64,000 nt of DNA from Paragordius varius (GCA_964247055.1 OZ176050.1:10912001-10976000), one strand, 5' to 3'. Shown: positions 27,401 to 40,853, counted from the first letter of the stretch. The notes: generated from the letters alone by a model not told the origin. Made by a program: numbers and translations.

Positions 27401-30400
27401 ATCATAATTTAAACCTTGCCCGTTTATTGGAATAATTGGTTCTGAGATAATAAAAATTAGGGGTTACAAAAAAATTAACTTAATATTTTCAAGGTATCAA
27501 AAATTATTTTTCTTAAAAATAATTAATTACACTCAATTATTATAATAATTAATTTCAATAATTGTAAATTGGGAATCACTCTCGTTTGTTTGCAAACTAT
27601 TTTAACTAAAAATTTCTACATTTATCAATATTTTTTGTGCAATACTCAATAACTATTCCAATAATCACAATCTTAGCAAAAAAATATTCACCATTTTGAT
27701 TATTTGCAAAGGGGTTAGCACGCGTCGCGGTATTAAGTGTGTTTGAACCAAGCAAATTTCCTATTCGATACGTAAAAGTTGCTATTCTACTATTGATCGG
27801 TTGCGGTAATGGCGTATTTGGCACGGCAATATTGCTTTGTTCTGCTTGCTGTGTTTGAGGAGAATTGAGATCATTAGGTTGATTTCGCGAAAATCGAATT
27901 CGTAAATTCATACTATAAAGACATTACAAAATCATTTAATATATATTATCAAATAAAAATAAATACACACGGAAAAATATGGTAAAACCGTATTATTATG
28001 ACATTTTAGACGTTATATTATTTAAAAAATATATTCCTAAGTTAACACTCTCATAAAAATATTATTTTTTCAAATTGTTTCACATAAAATTTTGGAACCA
28101 AAATTATGATTAGTAAAATCGTTAAAATATACCTATTTAAATAACAATATAATATAAATATCACCGTGATAAAATAATTATAAATTAAACAGTATATTGA
28201 CATAACCAAAAAAACGCTCAAAATCCTTACTTGGCTAAATTGGATGTATTAGCATTATTGGATGTTTGCTGTTGGGTGGATGATAAGGATGGAACCGAGG
28301 GTGAGGGTGAATGAGTCGTCGTATAAAATATGGTGCGAAACATAAAACTATTATTATTATTATTACGAGAATTAATATTTGCGTTATTATTATTAGTTTG
28401 TTGTCGTCTATGGAAACCAAAAGGCATAAAAAATCTATTAATATTGGCGTTATTTGTATTAACGTTAGTATTGTCCAAATTTGTCGATTGAGTTTGATTG
28501 CGCGAATTGGTGGTTGCATTTGGCCCTAGAGAGCGTCTACATATGGGGCAGGAAAGGTCATGTTCCAACCATGATCGTAAACACGTGCTAATAATATAAA
28601 TATTTATATCTCAAAAAAATTTGTTACAATAATATGTAAGGTTTAATTAAATTCCAAGTTCTAAATGAATACATAAAGAACAAAAAAAAAGATTCGGAAA
28701 TTTAAACACCACACGGAAGTCTTATTCTCTGTTTTTCTAATGTAATTCCGTCAAAGAAAAAAAATGTTCAATATTATCAGACACAAATGTAACCTTAAAA
28801 GAAGCGCTAAAAAAACTTTTTCTATTTAAGCAATCGGGTTACAAATTTTATTTGTAATGAATATATTTCTAAACTTTTAAAAATAATTAAAAGGGTATTA
28901 TTGAATTAGGGGTGAAACGGATTAAATATATATATATATATATATATTAAAAATAGTTGATTTATTATTTTTATTTATAAAATATAACAAATGCAAAATA
29001 TTCATATACTCATGAAATAAATGATCGCAGGGTAACTTTCTAGCCCGTTTCATAGGGTCCCAACAAATGGAACAATGACTATTATAACGTTGTAAATCTT
29101 CATTACTTGCCATGGGATATCTAATATAATCAGACTTAATTATTAAATTTTGATCCATATTTTAATTTTTGTTATAGCAGGAATATTTTTCCAAAAAAAT
29201 AACAAATTAATTTAACATTAAAATTATTACTTAAATTCACATAGAACAATAATTATTGTTTTACTTAACGCGATATATTATTGTATTGCAATTTATTACT
29301 TATGTAAAAAAAGTGAGGTAATATGTTTCAATTAAAGTGTATTATATAATTGCTTAATAAAATTTAACATTATAAAACAAAAATATTATATTCAAATATA
29401 TTTTTAAAAAATTACTTGCTATCAATTTGCTTCAAAATCTTTAAATAATTTTGATGTTTCATGACTTTGGTACGGAGTTCATTGAAAATCCATTTCAATT
29501 CCATAAACAAAAATAGACTGGCCATACTAAGTATCAGACTACCCCATAACTAAAATTACATATATCAACAATAGTTAAAATTAATCAGAGCATATATATA
29601 TTAATGTATTTTGTCGGTAATTAAAATATTTTAAATCGAATTGCTATTTTAGAAACTATATATATCATTTACAGTTCAAATTCACCCTTGAACAATTCAA
29701 ATTTACGCTAAATTGGTGTTTTCGAACTAATATGACTCATTATTTATATGATATATATCTTTATGGCATAGTTTATTATTTTTTTAGTATTATTTCAATT
29801 TAAAACAAAATTTTTATTTTTTAAAAATATATAAAAATATAGGTAAAAACATATATTTTAATTGAGGGTGTTTTAAGGGTGAATTTGAATTGTAATGGTA
29901 TATTTGTTAGAGTTTATTTAGAAACATACCAGCATGTGTACATGGTAAAACAAATCGATAATAAGAACTGAGATTCCAAAAACCAAATCGCCATAATATA
30001 GATATAGATTTTTGCTTTCCCAACATCCCGTGTGACATGAATCATACACATTTATAATTATACTATATAAATAGAAACAAAATAAAAATAGTAATCGAAC
30101 AAATACAAAGTGGAAAAGAAATTAAGATATATTTAAAAACGGCTAATATTTTATAGTGTGGTGTATTTTAAGTAATGAGTAATTTTTGGACTTATTTAGG
30201 CAAAATAACTTATTAATCCTTTTTATGACATAATCTATACATTTTATAATATATTTTAAGTTTTGTACTTTTTTTGCTACTTAATTTTGAATAACGCATT
30301 TATAGTTTTTGATCCTTAACATATTATTTAAAGTAAAAATTTTTAAAATTATCATAACTTTTAATCCATATCAATTTTGGTGTCGAAGAATTTATGAGAG

Positions 30401-32986
30401 AAAAAATTGGTGTTAATTCAAGTTAATATTTCACTAGAAGCTAAAAAAATATTTCATTAATATTAATATAAAAAATATAATGTAATTAATGAGAAATATC
30501 ACATGATAACAAGTCTATGATGATAATTTTGCGAATCATAAATATTATTTATACTTGTAAAGAATGTGATAGCAATTGAATTGTAGCATCATACACTAAA
30601 TATAGTATGAGAAGAATATAAATGCAAACACAAGAGATTTATAGCCAAATGCATGGCTTGAATTATCAACACATAAATAATTTATAATGTTTTTTGATTC
30701 AGAGAAAAAGAGTTTTAAATTATATAAATAAACCATCTTATATGCATCCTATGTATATATATATTATATATATATACAATTAAAAAATGGTTAAAAATCT
30801 AAGATTTATGCCTTATAAAGTAAAAGATATTGAAAAGCGAAAATATTCTAAAATAAAAGACTAAAAAAATTTATACCTTATAAAACTTAATTAACAGTAA
30901 AATAATAAAAAGTCCTTTTTATAAAAATACGTTAAGGCAAAAAAGTAAAATTTGAACCTCATAAAGTAGGAAGAGATAGACTGGTGCTGCAAACATACCA
31001 AATTTGACATACGAAAATATGACGCCTATAGTTAATGCATTGGCCCAAACTATGAGAGCTAATAGTAGGCTGGCCATCTTTATTTTAGTCCCAATAGGTA
31101 TGCGTGGGCTTAAAACGAGCTATTTATGTTAGAAAAAATACAGAATTATAGTGATTTAGGGTTAGAGTATCTAATCAGTATTTTATGTTAAAATATAGTA
31201 TATAAAACGTTTATTCGGTTATTTATGTTTAAATTCAACATTGTAAAACACAGTATATTTAAACACTTCAAAAAATAACTTACAAAGTTAAACTGTCAAA
31301 AAAAGTTGCTTAAAAAATTATATAATCCTATCCAATCGTTATAAACATTATTATTTTTTCTATTTTACAATTGAGAAAAAATTAAACAAGCCATTTACGT
31401 AATCAAGGCGTGACTTAAGCAAGTGTGATGTTGTGTGCAAAAACCCGGTTAAAGCAAACCAAGTGGTCCAAAGTGTGAAATCACCCAAGTTATCGATGTT
31501 AAGGAGGCCAAACATGAAAATCATTTTGTTGAAAATGAAATCAAATATTTTGGTTCGGACTTGCTATATATAAATAAAATAGGAAAAGGGTTATTACAGT
31601 GTTGGAGAATTTATTTTAAGAAAACTTGTACTTTATTTCCGTAAGTTTGTTTAATCATTGTGCTTTTATAAATTAGTTCTAATCACTTAAAAAAAGATTA
31701 ATATTTATTCAAAGCAAACTATATAGCCGCTGGCTATCAAATAAAGATAATTTATAATATCATATTAATCATAATAATTGTACTTACAATTTGTTCAGCA
31801 CTTCGAAGTGGACCAAATGTAAATTTGTAGACAAGTTTAGCAATTATGATTAGGCAACAGTATGCGGCGTTCAAAGATACCTAAAATTATATATATTTAA
31901 TCATTATGGCCAAATAATTTAAATCAGTGGTCTGTATGCAGAGCGCGCCCCATGGCAGTCGTAATATAATTTAGAGTAGGCGTGATAATAACATCTAATA
32001 TTTAAATATGGTTAATAGAACCTAAATACATAACATTTGTGATTATAGTCAAAACTGTTCACAATTTTTAAAAACCATAAAAATTTAAAAAAAGTAATTT
32101 TTAAAGAATTTAGAGGTTAATGGTTTTCAAACTGACATTGGCTTTTTAACATTATTATATAAACTAATTTATATAAATTTAAAATACATAATGGTTAAAA
32201 TTAGGAAATTAAACACACCCAATAATCCGTGTGCATCATACGTAAAAAAGTGTAAAGAATTTTATCAAGTTTTCCCATATAAAATCGGGCCTCCAGTTTA
32301 TCCCAAAACGTTATAACAGAACTCATTTGTTGCCTTTGTAAGGAGGCCAATGACAACTTGAGAAAACTTTTCAAATTTCGAGTTTTCGTCAACATTGTTT
32401 TAGTATGCTTGCCAAATGGTTGACCTTTACTCAAATATCGGTTAATACTATGAATCGACCAAATTTGCCGTTTTTTATATTGGTAGACTATCGCATCTGC
32501 AACATATTCCCACAATTTGCGTTTATGCGGAGTATGGCGGGTTTCAAGCACCTCTTCTTTATAGTTAGGATATATATTTGATAGATTATGAAGGATGTTG
32601 TGAAAAATACTCATGAAATTATGAGAATTAATTTGTGGTGGTGTATGAACAAAACTAGCTAAATCAGTATCATGTAATTTTTCATCTGAAAAATAATGGG
32701 CGTCTTCGTTAAACAAATAAAATATAGATTCATAAAAATCTAAATCTTTCGGGAAATTGTCTTTATAGATTTGATAATTTAGTGCATTATGTTTGTATCG
32801 ATAACTAAATAGAATTAAATAAAACAGCAAGCTAAAGAAAGCGTAAAACTTAAAATTAAAATATTTCATTTTTATGGATGAATTCGGTCTACGGTCTTGT
32901 CGTTGATTCATAAAGGGCAATCGTCGGAATAAGCCTTCCTGAATATGTGGATGGTTTAAGGGCCTATGCCCCCGATGTAAATCCAT
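17472..32986 (-). CDS. AMFR: E3 ubiquitin ligase AMFR/gp78 (multi-TM, RING-H2, CUE, G2BR), about 16 exons
   Basis: Exons give VSLNAAYCCLIIIAKLVYKFTFGPLRSAEQ, RING CSICWDPMKRARKLPCDHLFH|TCLRSWLEHDLSCPICR, FFHFD|ASRYISWLPS, CUE VRQVSDIFPNIPLSRIRDDLTVTWSVDRTIENILEG (exon 24908-24389), exon 18857-18545, G2BR EMRETLLTLRKREMLQRARK (17782-17675) and last exon 17508-17472 (FLAAHQGDINH*). Phases are consistent. The start Met is uncertain. Confidence 0.92.
19018..19295. mobile_element. hAT (Buster/Charlie-type) MITE
   Basis: Perfect 8-bp TSD CTCTAAAG (19010-19017, 19296-19303) with central TA; TIR-like ends CATGGGTGCCCA / TGGAACACACCTG. Confidence 0.85.
19807..20931. mobile_element. CAC...GTG-terminated MITE with long inverted arms (CMC/Chapaev-like)
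   Basis: Ends CACTGGACAACAAATTT / AAATTTGTTGTCTAGTG; TAA on both flanks. Confidence 0.65.
21359..21950 (+). pseudogene. Decayed IS630/Tc1-like transposase
   Basis: Paired HTH-like ORF (..IVRKIVDQDRHITYKGILSRL..IGRSTLIKILKSINYNKKR), then frameshifted NSPRTIATR and FYLHETEFD resembling the first catalytic motif. Confidence 0.6.
22169..22380 (+). mobile_element. Penelope-like (GIY-YIG) fragment
   Basis: Degenerate RLPYS...KDLPNKNAYGIIYQILCN, resembling the PLE linker and GIY half-motif. Confidence 0.4.
22640..23420 (-). mobile_element. Decayed LINE (CR1/L2-like) RT 3' fragment
   Basis: LFTDDVI (YADD-like) in ORF 23127-23420 and a downstream FPNTVKL-like motif; heavily degraded. Confidence 0.35.
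23440..24135 (+). mobile_element. Penelope-like retroelement 3' remnant (linker, GIY-YIG, pLTR with hammerhead motif)
   Basis: LPYRPTFKNLGNILKKQDDLRMIYKP; QSKQRITVRYMEH..SAIFLHYIDNIH (GIY-YIG C-half). The pLTR segment recurs at about 18940-19010 (-) and 43360-43480 (+). Confidence 0.75.
24027..24059 (+). ncRNA. Minimal type I hammerhead ribozyme motif, G12 mutated
   Basis: UCUC-CUGACGA-U-GUC cau GAC-AAAA(=GAAA)-AU-UU-GAGA; stem I UCUC/GAGA; palindromic AAUU stem III. Confidence 0.65.
26591..26865. mobile_element. MITE family A; copies at 29663-29900, 33777-34152, 56275-56563
   Basis: TA|TACCATTTACA...TGTAAATGGTA|TA ends; subterminal 21-bp repeats AATTCAAATTCACCCTTGAAC; shared AT-rich core. 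Confidence 0.85.
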
Positions 32987-33646
32987 AAAAAATGAATGAA
33001 AAGATATTGGATGATGAAAATATTGTTTATGCTTAAAAAATATTATTATAAAATATCACGAAATAAATTGTAAGATAATAGCCAGAATAAAACAGCTTTG
33101 AGGACAACGAATAATTTTCCTAATCCATTTAAACTAAAAATGAATATAAAATTATAAAATATTTTTTCTTCTTTTCTGAAAAGAATGGTAATTAAAACTC
33201 GTTATAATCTAACATTTTACTGATTATGATTAACTTAATAACTCTATAGTATTAATTCGAGCACACCGAACGTGCGGTTTTATGTATAACACAGATAAGA
33301 CAATGGGTTTGCTTTTAATTTATTGACATCAATCAACATCATATAATCGGCTTTAAAATTTAAACGTATGAGCGTAAAAATCATGCACAAATAACTAAGC
33401 CGTTCTTTGAAATAGCTGCTCGGTTTTGGCCAATCATAAAATAAGAGTTTTGCAATTTTCCGGAAAACGTGTAGATCTAATCATTTTAATATGGTCAGAA
33501 TAATCATTTTCAAAACAGCCCAGTCCTTTTCCCAAATAAATAGGCTTTAGATCAAATACACAGTCTCCACAACAAAATAACCTGCTAAAATAATTTTGAT
33601 GGGAAATGTATCAGGATTATCATGGTTCTTTTAGTTTCGGCCCTTA

Positions 33647-35007
33647 CGAGGGATATAAAAAAGTTATTTACACGCTAGCTCCATATAAGAAAATAATAAA
33701 CCTGGACCACATTTTTTTATTAAATTTTTTTGATGAAAGCTAAATGCTTCATTCCAAAAACTATCACTAAAATATATACCATATACAATTCAATTTCACC
33801 CTTAAACAATTCAAATTCACCCTTGAACAATTCAAATTCACCCTTGAACAATTCAAATTCACCTTCGAACAATGCAAATTCACCCTAAAATAAAATATAT
33901 GTTTTTTAAAATTAAAAATTACCAATATTTTTATATATTTTTAAAAAAATAAAAATTTTGTTTTAACTTTAAAATAATACTGTAAAATAATAAACTATAA
34001 CTTAAACATATATTTCATATTATTAATGAGTTATATTAATTCGAAAATACATAATTTATTTTTAGGGTGAATTTGAATTGTTCAAAGGTGAATTTGAATT
34101 GTTCGAGGGTGAATTTGAATTGTTCAAGGTTGAATTTGAACTGTAAATGGTATATCATAACTGCTTGTAATCAACAAAACAATTAATATTCAAATTTTTA
34201 GATGTGGGCTCCGAAAGACACTAATTTTATTCATCTTCTAAAACGGGCTAGTTATTTTAAAATAAACGGAAAAATGACAGAATTTCGAAAAAAAATTAAT
34301 ATATTAATTTTGACATCAAAATATTTTTAAAAATGCCTTTTAAAAAGATTCAATTTTTAGCAAAATTTTGCCGAAGGGTGCCTACTATATTAAAAAGGTA
34401 TAATAACGCTTTTAGATATTATTAAAACATTTATAGAAAATGATAATGATGAACATTTTTATCATTATCAGTATTTTGATCAAAATATTCGTTTGTCCTG
34501 AAATTCATATCAAATATAAATTGTGTTGTTAAATAAAAATTCACCAAAATTTTAAAGTAAACGAACATTTAAATTAAATATTGATAGAAATGTTAAACAT
34601 TCCAATAATATATGAAGTGTTTGTACAATATCTAAAAGCGTTTTTATAATTTTTCCATATAGTAGGTACCCCTCGCCAAAATTTTGCTAAAAATTGAATC
34701 TTTTTAAAAGAATGCACTTATAAAAAATATGTCAAACTATAGCATATCAAATTTAATTAAGAAATTCCGGCCTTTTTGTGTTTATTTTCAAAGAAATAAC
34801 CCGCTTTAGAAGCGGAAAAAAATTTGAAACTAATTAAAATATATGAAAATAATGTTTTGCTTTTTGTAAGCAGTTTATGTTATATTGTGATATTTATTGA
34901 ATGAAGTTTTCAGTCATCAAAAAAAATATTTAAAAATGTGGTCAAACTTTGCCATTTTCTGATGTAGAGCACTTAGCACATAAATGTAAATAACTTGTTT
35001 ATACTCG
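33647..35007. mobile_element. mariner-type foldback MITE with a nested family-A MITE (33777-34152)
   Basis: TA|CGAGGGATATAAAAAAGTTATTTACA ... TGTAAATAACTTGTTTATACTCG|TA; arms are inverted over most of the length. Confidence 0.8.
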
Positions 35008-35413
35008 TAAGATCCAAAACCAAAAGCACCATGAATACTTACATTTTTCTATCAAAGTGGGTAATTTATTAAATATAGGCTTTGAAGAAATTTTATAAAT
35101 AAGTGTAGGCGTCTTTTTATTTTAAGAAGCGCCAAGGATCCCAGAGCCTTTTTATATTTACCCTCAACTTGGCAACTCCCCCTAAAAATAACGTTGAATA
35201 AATATTATCATACTACTGCGGAAAAGACGGGGGCTCTTTGCTTTTTACGGAACATGGCCTCACCATTTTTTTGAATTAGCCGCTCAGTTCTCCCCTTCCG
35301 CCTAAAAAAGGGCGGTACTAACAATTTTTTAGAAGACTTCTAGGCCCGCGGTGGCCAAAATAGTTTTGGGGGCGGGGGTGTGGCACATATTTAAGTTAAA
35401 TTCGGCAGGACAC

Positions 35414-35471
<58 letters not shown>

Positions 35472-36656
35472 GGGATTTAAAGATTTTTGTGTAAGATTTC
35501 AAAAAAAATCAAGAGCACCATATAACTACTATTATTAACAAATTTTTTACTTCCTGGCCACAATTAGGAAAGCAGTATTGAAAAAATTTGTTTTAGAAAC
35601 CTCATTTTTAGAAAGCATTTTAATTATGAAATTATGTATTTTGTGTATTTTCAAATTTACGGAACGCAGAAACATTCAGAAGGGCTGTTTGATTTATTTT
35701 ATTGGTTTTTGTTCATTTATAATTTTTCCAATAAATATTGGCTTTTTAAGCAAATTTTTGGAAAATGTAGGTGTATTTAAAAGTATAAAAAATTTTATTT
35801 TTACGATGTCACCAGGGAAACCTTTTTTGAATTGCCCCTCCCTTAGGGCCACCCTTTAAAGAAATTTTTTAAGAAATATAGAATCAATTTTCGGGAAAAA
35901 ATTAAAAATAATTTTTGTATTTTACGAATTCGCCGAAAGTGACAGGCCATTTTTAAGATTAGGTCCCTTCGACCCACCCCCCCCCCCCCCCCCCCCGCAT
36001 CCTTCCACTGGCAAAAGAAGATTTGGAATAAATATGCGCTTTAATGAAATTACGGAAAACGTGTAGGCCTATTTAAATTTGATAATTTATTTTTTTGTTT
36101 ATTTATGCGCCGAGAGTGAAGCCTTTTGATTAGCCTTTCTGTTCCACCCCGCCTGTGAAAAAATTGGTTTTTGGCTTTGAAGCAATTTTCTCTTGAGACG
36201 AGTGGAACATCGTCCGATTCTACGCTCCATAACCATTTTTAACACAATTTCTTGGCACAAGGTGATTAAAACAAAGATAATAGTTTTGGTTTCATAAAAA
36301 CGCTTTTTTAACCTGGCTTCACACTGTTAATTTTTGATAAACTTTAAGCTGTCGAAATCTGACAGCTTTATGCGCTATATGATCAAAACAATTGATTTTT
36401 TAGGACTCAAGCGAAAGATTACAAAGTTGTACCACTTGCTTAGCTATTTGTTTATTGAGTGTCTTAAAATTTTTATATATACAGATGGTTTAAAAGCAGT
36501 GCATTTTTATAAATAATAAATTTATTTAAAATATATTAAAGATCACAATTCTTGTTATGTATGTGCTAAAAAAATAATTTTACCATTTTTACAAAATTGC
36601 TGATTTTTAACTTAACATAATGCCCATCAATATAAAAATAATCATTTTCAGTTTGT

Positions 36657-38238
36657 TTAACAAATTAAACGCCATAAATACTGTCTCAATGGTTTGACCA
36701 TTAAAATGATTAAGTAAGGATAAAATGCATAGAATGCAAGAAAGAGGTAGTAGGAAAGAATTTGACAAACATACAATGCATACAAATTTCTCCCGCGCCG
36801 TGTTAAAATTAAAATTAGGATAATAAGGTAAGGTAAAAATGTCGCAATATTTGTGACCGTGATTATAAAAATAACTTTTAGGTTTGATGCTTCATCATTA
36901 AAGTTAATCAAGTGTAATTCCTTATTAACAATAGCCACAGGATTTTTTGGGTCTTTAACATTTCTTAGGGTCGCTAAAGTTAGTGAACTGTCAGATGTAT
37001 CGAGTCTATTTAAATCTCGTATGTATGGATCAGGGACATTGGCATCCACAACTGGTAAAGGAGCTCCTCCTGTAAATGTAAAATAAACTATATTTGATAA
37101 AATGTAATTCAATAAAAACTAAAGATCGGCTTAAAGGATTTTTACGTTGCAGTAAATTGAATAGAATCTCAATTCTTTAGATTTTTATTTAAAAGATATT
37201 TTTGCCTACAAGAATAGCCTATAAGAGATATTACAGTTTGAATTATTTAACCGAAAGTACATGGTCATAGACAAAAACAAATGATGCTAAAATATATTCC
37301 TGTTACAAAATAATAAATATTTGGATATATTTACTAAAAATAAATTACTTTTTGGGTATATCTTTACAAAAACATGTAACGCCCTCTATTTCCCCTATTG
37401 ATGTTAGATATTTAATTACCATGATTTCTATCTATCCGGTTGCCATGCGAATCCACTAAATGTGGGACTGGAGTTATTATAGGTGAAGAATTCGGTTCAC
37501 GTGCCGATGCATCTTCCATGGTAGGACTTACGGCATTATTTTTTAGGCGATTAAATTTCTGTCTCCTATGGTAAAAATGAAGCCCAAACGAAATAAAAAG
37601 AACCAAGATTGTGATTATGTTGCATAAAGCATATATTGATAAATAGGTTATCACACTGTTATTAATGCCTAGTAGGTATAAAACGTCTCCGTACAAATAG
37701 ACATTAGTTATCGGTCTTAAGAAAGCACGGTTTGGGGTTAGAGGTACACATATGAGTAGAATAGCCACAATCCAAATCAAAACCATAGCTATAATGCTTT
37801 TTTTCGGTTTAAACTCCATCTCATTGTTCGTCACATATATTAATCTATGAAAAATTTATACTAATATCTCTTTTACCAAAAAATGTTAAAAATGAGTTAT
37901 TACCTTTGTACACAGAGGTAGAGAAGGATCGCACTAAATACCAAATGAGGTATAGCAATAAAGATGTAACGGAACAGGGCAAACATGCTACTGTAAAATT
38001 TATCAGAGTGTCCGCTTAGAATTAAGCATAAAATAAATTCGATCAAACCCAGCACTACGGAAGTTATCGTTAGGTGAAGATAGGACATAGTCGAAATTCC
38101 AAAGATAAAATTATTTTTTATTAGAGCAAACGCCAATAACAAATTGTTAGCAATGATGAGTATGGCTAACGGCACATTGAGAGCAAACACCAAGGTTCTG
38201 AATAAGGGAACAAGTTCCCTATTATCAAATGAATCCAT
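36657..38238 (-). CDS. Divergent rhodopsin-like (class A) GPCR. Exons 38238-37904, 37844-37420, 37069-36657
   Basis: Seven hydrophobic helices. TM3 ends LYLCVQR|L (DRY position), TM4 LIWIVAILLICVP, long ICL3, TM6 FLPY, TM7 FYPYLIILMVKPLRQYL. Splice phases are consistent. Confidence 0.8.
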
Positions 38239-39530
38239 AATATGAAAGATGAGAAAAAAGGGATTTACATTAATTTCTCTTGTTAATTAGATATATAGTT
38301 TAATACTTAAAAAAATTAAAAATAAAATAAATTCAATCCTATTATGTGGTATGTGACTTATTTTACTAACTAATGACATATTACATCCCTACCTTGAAGT
38401 TATATTGATTTTTTTACTTAAACATAAATGCATACATATATGGGACAATAATAATTATTTAAATGTAAAAGCGCAGATTGCATAACCTTCAAATTAAGGT
38501 ATTAAGAAGTGAAAAATTTTTTTCACTTATACGATTTTTACATTAAGTTCTGGATTTTTTAACCAATTAATTATGTAGAAGCATATTTTACTCTAATGGA
38601 GGGAAAGAAGGACACCAAAATATTTTATGTGTTAAATTAGTTTTAAAAGAGTCATTGCCCTTTATTAGCTAACATTAAAATTGTTATATTATTCTTTTAT
38701 ATATATTCTGGATTGAAAAACCTTCGAATATATGGTTGTATTTAAGGCGTTTCCACTTTTGATAAATTTTTAACGTTATGTGTTTTTGCCCTCAAATATG
38801 GTTGCTTAGTTGTCCATATATACAACAAATACAGTGAATCGACCTCAGAAAGGAGCGTTGCAGGACAGATAGCGGAGTAAGGATCTCATTTGTTTTTTTG
38901 CGAATTGTTAGTTCAAGGGTTTTGTTGGTTATAACTTAGATTTGCTAAGGGTTCATGATTATTCCGAAAGTGAAAAATTGTGTGTTTATTATCCTTTTAT
39001 AGAGTTCTGTATCAAGTCTAAATATTTCATATCTCTTTAAGATTAGGTCAATTTAAATGTATCACTATATATTATTTTATATTTTATATCTCCACTAATA
39101 CTTGAAATTAACGTTTTTTGCTAATTGATTTTAACTACACAGTCCTATTGCTAATTACCTACCTTAAAAATGGTTTAAATATTTATAATAAAAATACATA
39201 TAAGGAGCTTTGTTAGTTTTCTTGAGAGCATTGATTATAATCTTAGCGATGAGCTTGGCAACAACTTAAGTTTTGAGAAAGAAAAAAATGCACCATGATG
39301 ATAAAAATAAAAAGTCTAATCTGGAAAAGGCTCAATATAAATGCAATAATCAATTTGTAGAGTCTACAAAATATAATAGAAAAATTGTGATGGTAATGAA
39401 CGGATTGGTTATGTTTTGTAATAACAGTTGTTAAAATCCGTAATATAATGATAAATGATAATTAAATAGAATTAAATGAAATTATAAATAGAAATTATAA
39501 AGGATATGTGAAACCCTTCGTCAATAGTAA

Positions 39531-39571
39531 TCGCAGACTAGTTTCCTGCTTGTTAGCACTCATCAGTACGA
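39531..39571 (-). ncRNA. Minimal type I hammerhead ribozyme, nearly intact
   Basis: Minus strand UCGUA-CUGAUGA-GUGCU aaca AGCAG-GAAA-CUAG-UC-UGCGA: full core, 5-bp stem I, palindromic stem III; only the G10.1-C11.1 pair is broken. Confidence 0.85.
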
Positions 39572-40726
39572 CACAACTATTTGACTTGGGGTTTTCACAT
39601 ATCGATTTCGTATATATATCCAACTTTGAATGCAGTTGGTTTTACGAATTTAAATTAAATTTAATGTAATTTATGAAAATTAAACTGAAAATTTGAAAAT
39701 AAACTGAAAATTAACTCTAGGGGTGAGCCTAGATTTAGAGTATAGCTACTTAGGGATTTCATAGAAATCAATTTAATAACTAAGAAGCACTCTATTATGA
39801 TAAGAAACATAAGATAAAGATGATATTGTAATGGTAATGAACGGATTGGTTATGTTTTATAATTCTATTTATAATTTCATTTAATTCTATTTAATTATCA
39901 TTTATCATTATATTACGGATTTTAACAACTGTTATTATAATAAAAAAATACCCAGAAAAGTATCTGTGTATAGTTCTTTTTTAGGGCTTAAATGAAAGAT
40001 ATAATAGTATTCGCTTTCTGGATAAATAATTTTTCAAAAATAGTGTTTTGAAGGCTGTGCTCACAACCTAATTATTTTGTCAATTAAATTTTAAGGTAAG
40101 TTTGTTTGGGGTTTAATTTAAGTTGCAATAATTGGTTAAATATTCTGGTTTATAATATAAAAATTTCCTAAAATGTTCAATAAATTATTAAAAAATTTGG
40201 GAATAAACTGAATGAAGGAGTTAGTTTATTACTATATCATACTAAAATACTAAAAAATAATAATATATATTGAGCCAAATTGAAAAACCACACTTCAGCC
40301 AAAGGCACATTTGTTTCCAAATAATTTCAAAATAATACTATCAAGATTAAAAATTATAGCACTTAACGAGTTTTCGGTATAGTTTTCTACCTTTTCCAAA
40401 TATAAACATATAAAATATATATGCCAATAAAAAAATGCATTTATGGCATTTTAGCCGCATTTACAAAATATTAGATATATAAAATTGTAATAAAATATCT
40501 CACCTCTGTTAACCCTCAAATATATTTTTAAAATTTTTGTTGACTTACTAAAAAAGTGCCAAATCAATATATTATGGCTCAAAAATTATAAACAAATTCA
40601 AAATGCTTTATATTACATTCTGATTGCTATTCTTAAAAATTATTGATTTTAAAATATATTGTTTATTTTTCATTTGCATGCTATCTAAGATACTTTTTTA
40701 TAATGGTTTCACAAAGGTCAGGCACC

Positions 40727-40773
<47 letters not shown>

Positions 40774-40853
40774 CGTCAATTGAAAAAGTCATAAAGTTGC
40801 AAAAATTACTCTTTTCTTACAATTGTTAAATTCCGTTAAATAGCGTTCTAAAC

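Noticed and set aside
33250-33640. Relatively GC-rich stretch upstream of AMFR as a divergent gene
   Set aside because: No convincing spliced ORF; it shares the GGAAAACGTGTAG motif with dispersed repeats at about 36055 and 5010, so it is probably TE-derived
33790-33875. Regular 21-bp repeats resembling a CRISPR array
   Set aside because: Head-to-tail repeats without unique spacers, mirrored at the other end of a MITE; eukaryotic context and no cas genes
38790-39320. Possible small exons with micro-introns (e.g. MVAY|ESTSERSVAGQIA on +; VAKLIAKIIINALKK on -)
   Set aside because: No phase-consistent model longer than a few dozen residues and no recognisable homology; RNA-seq would be needed
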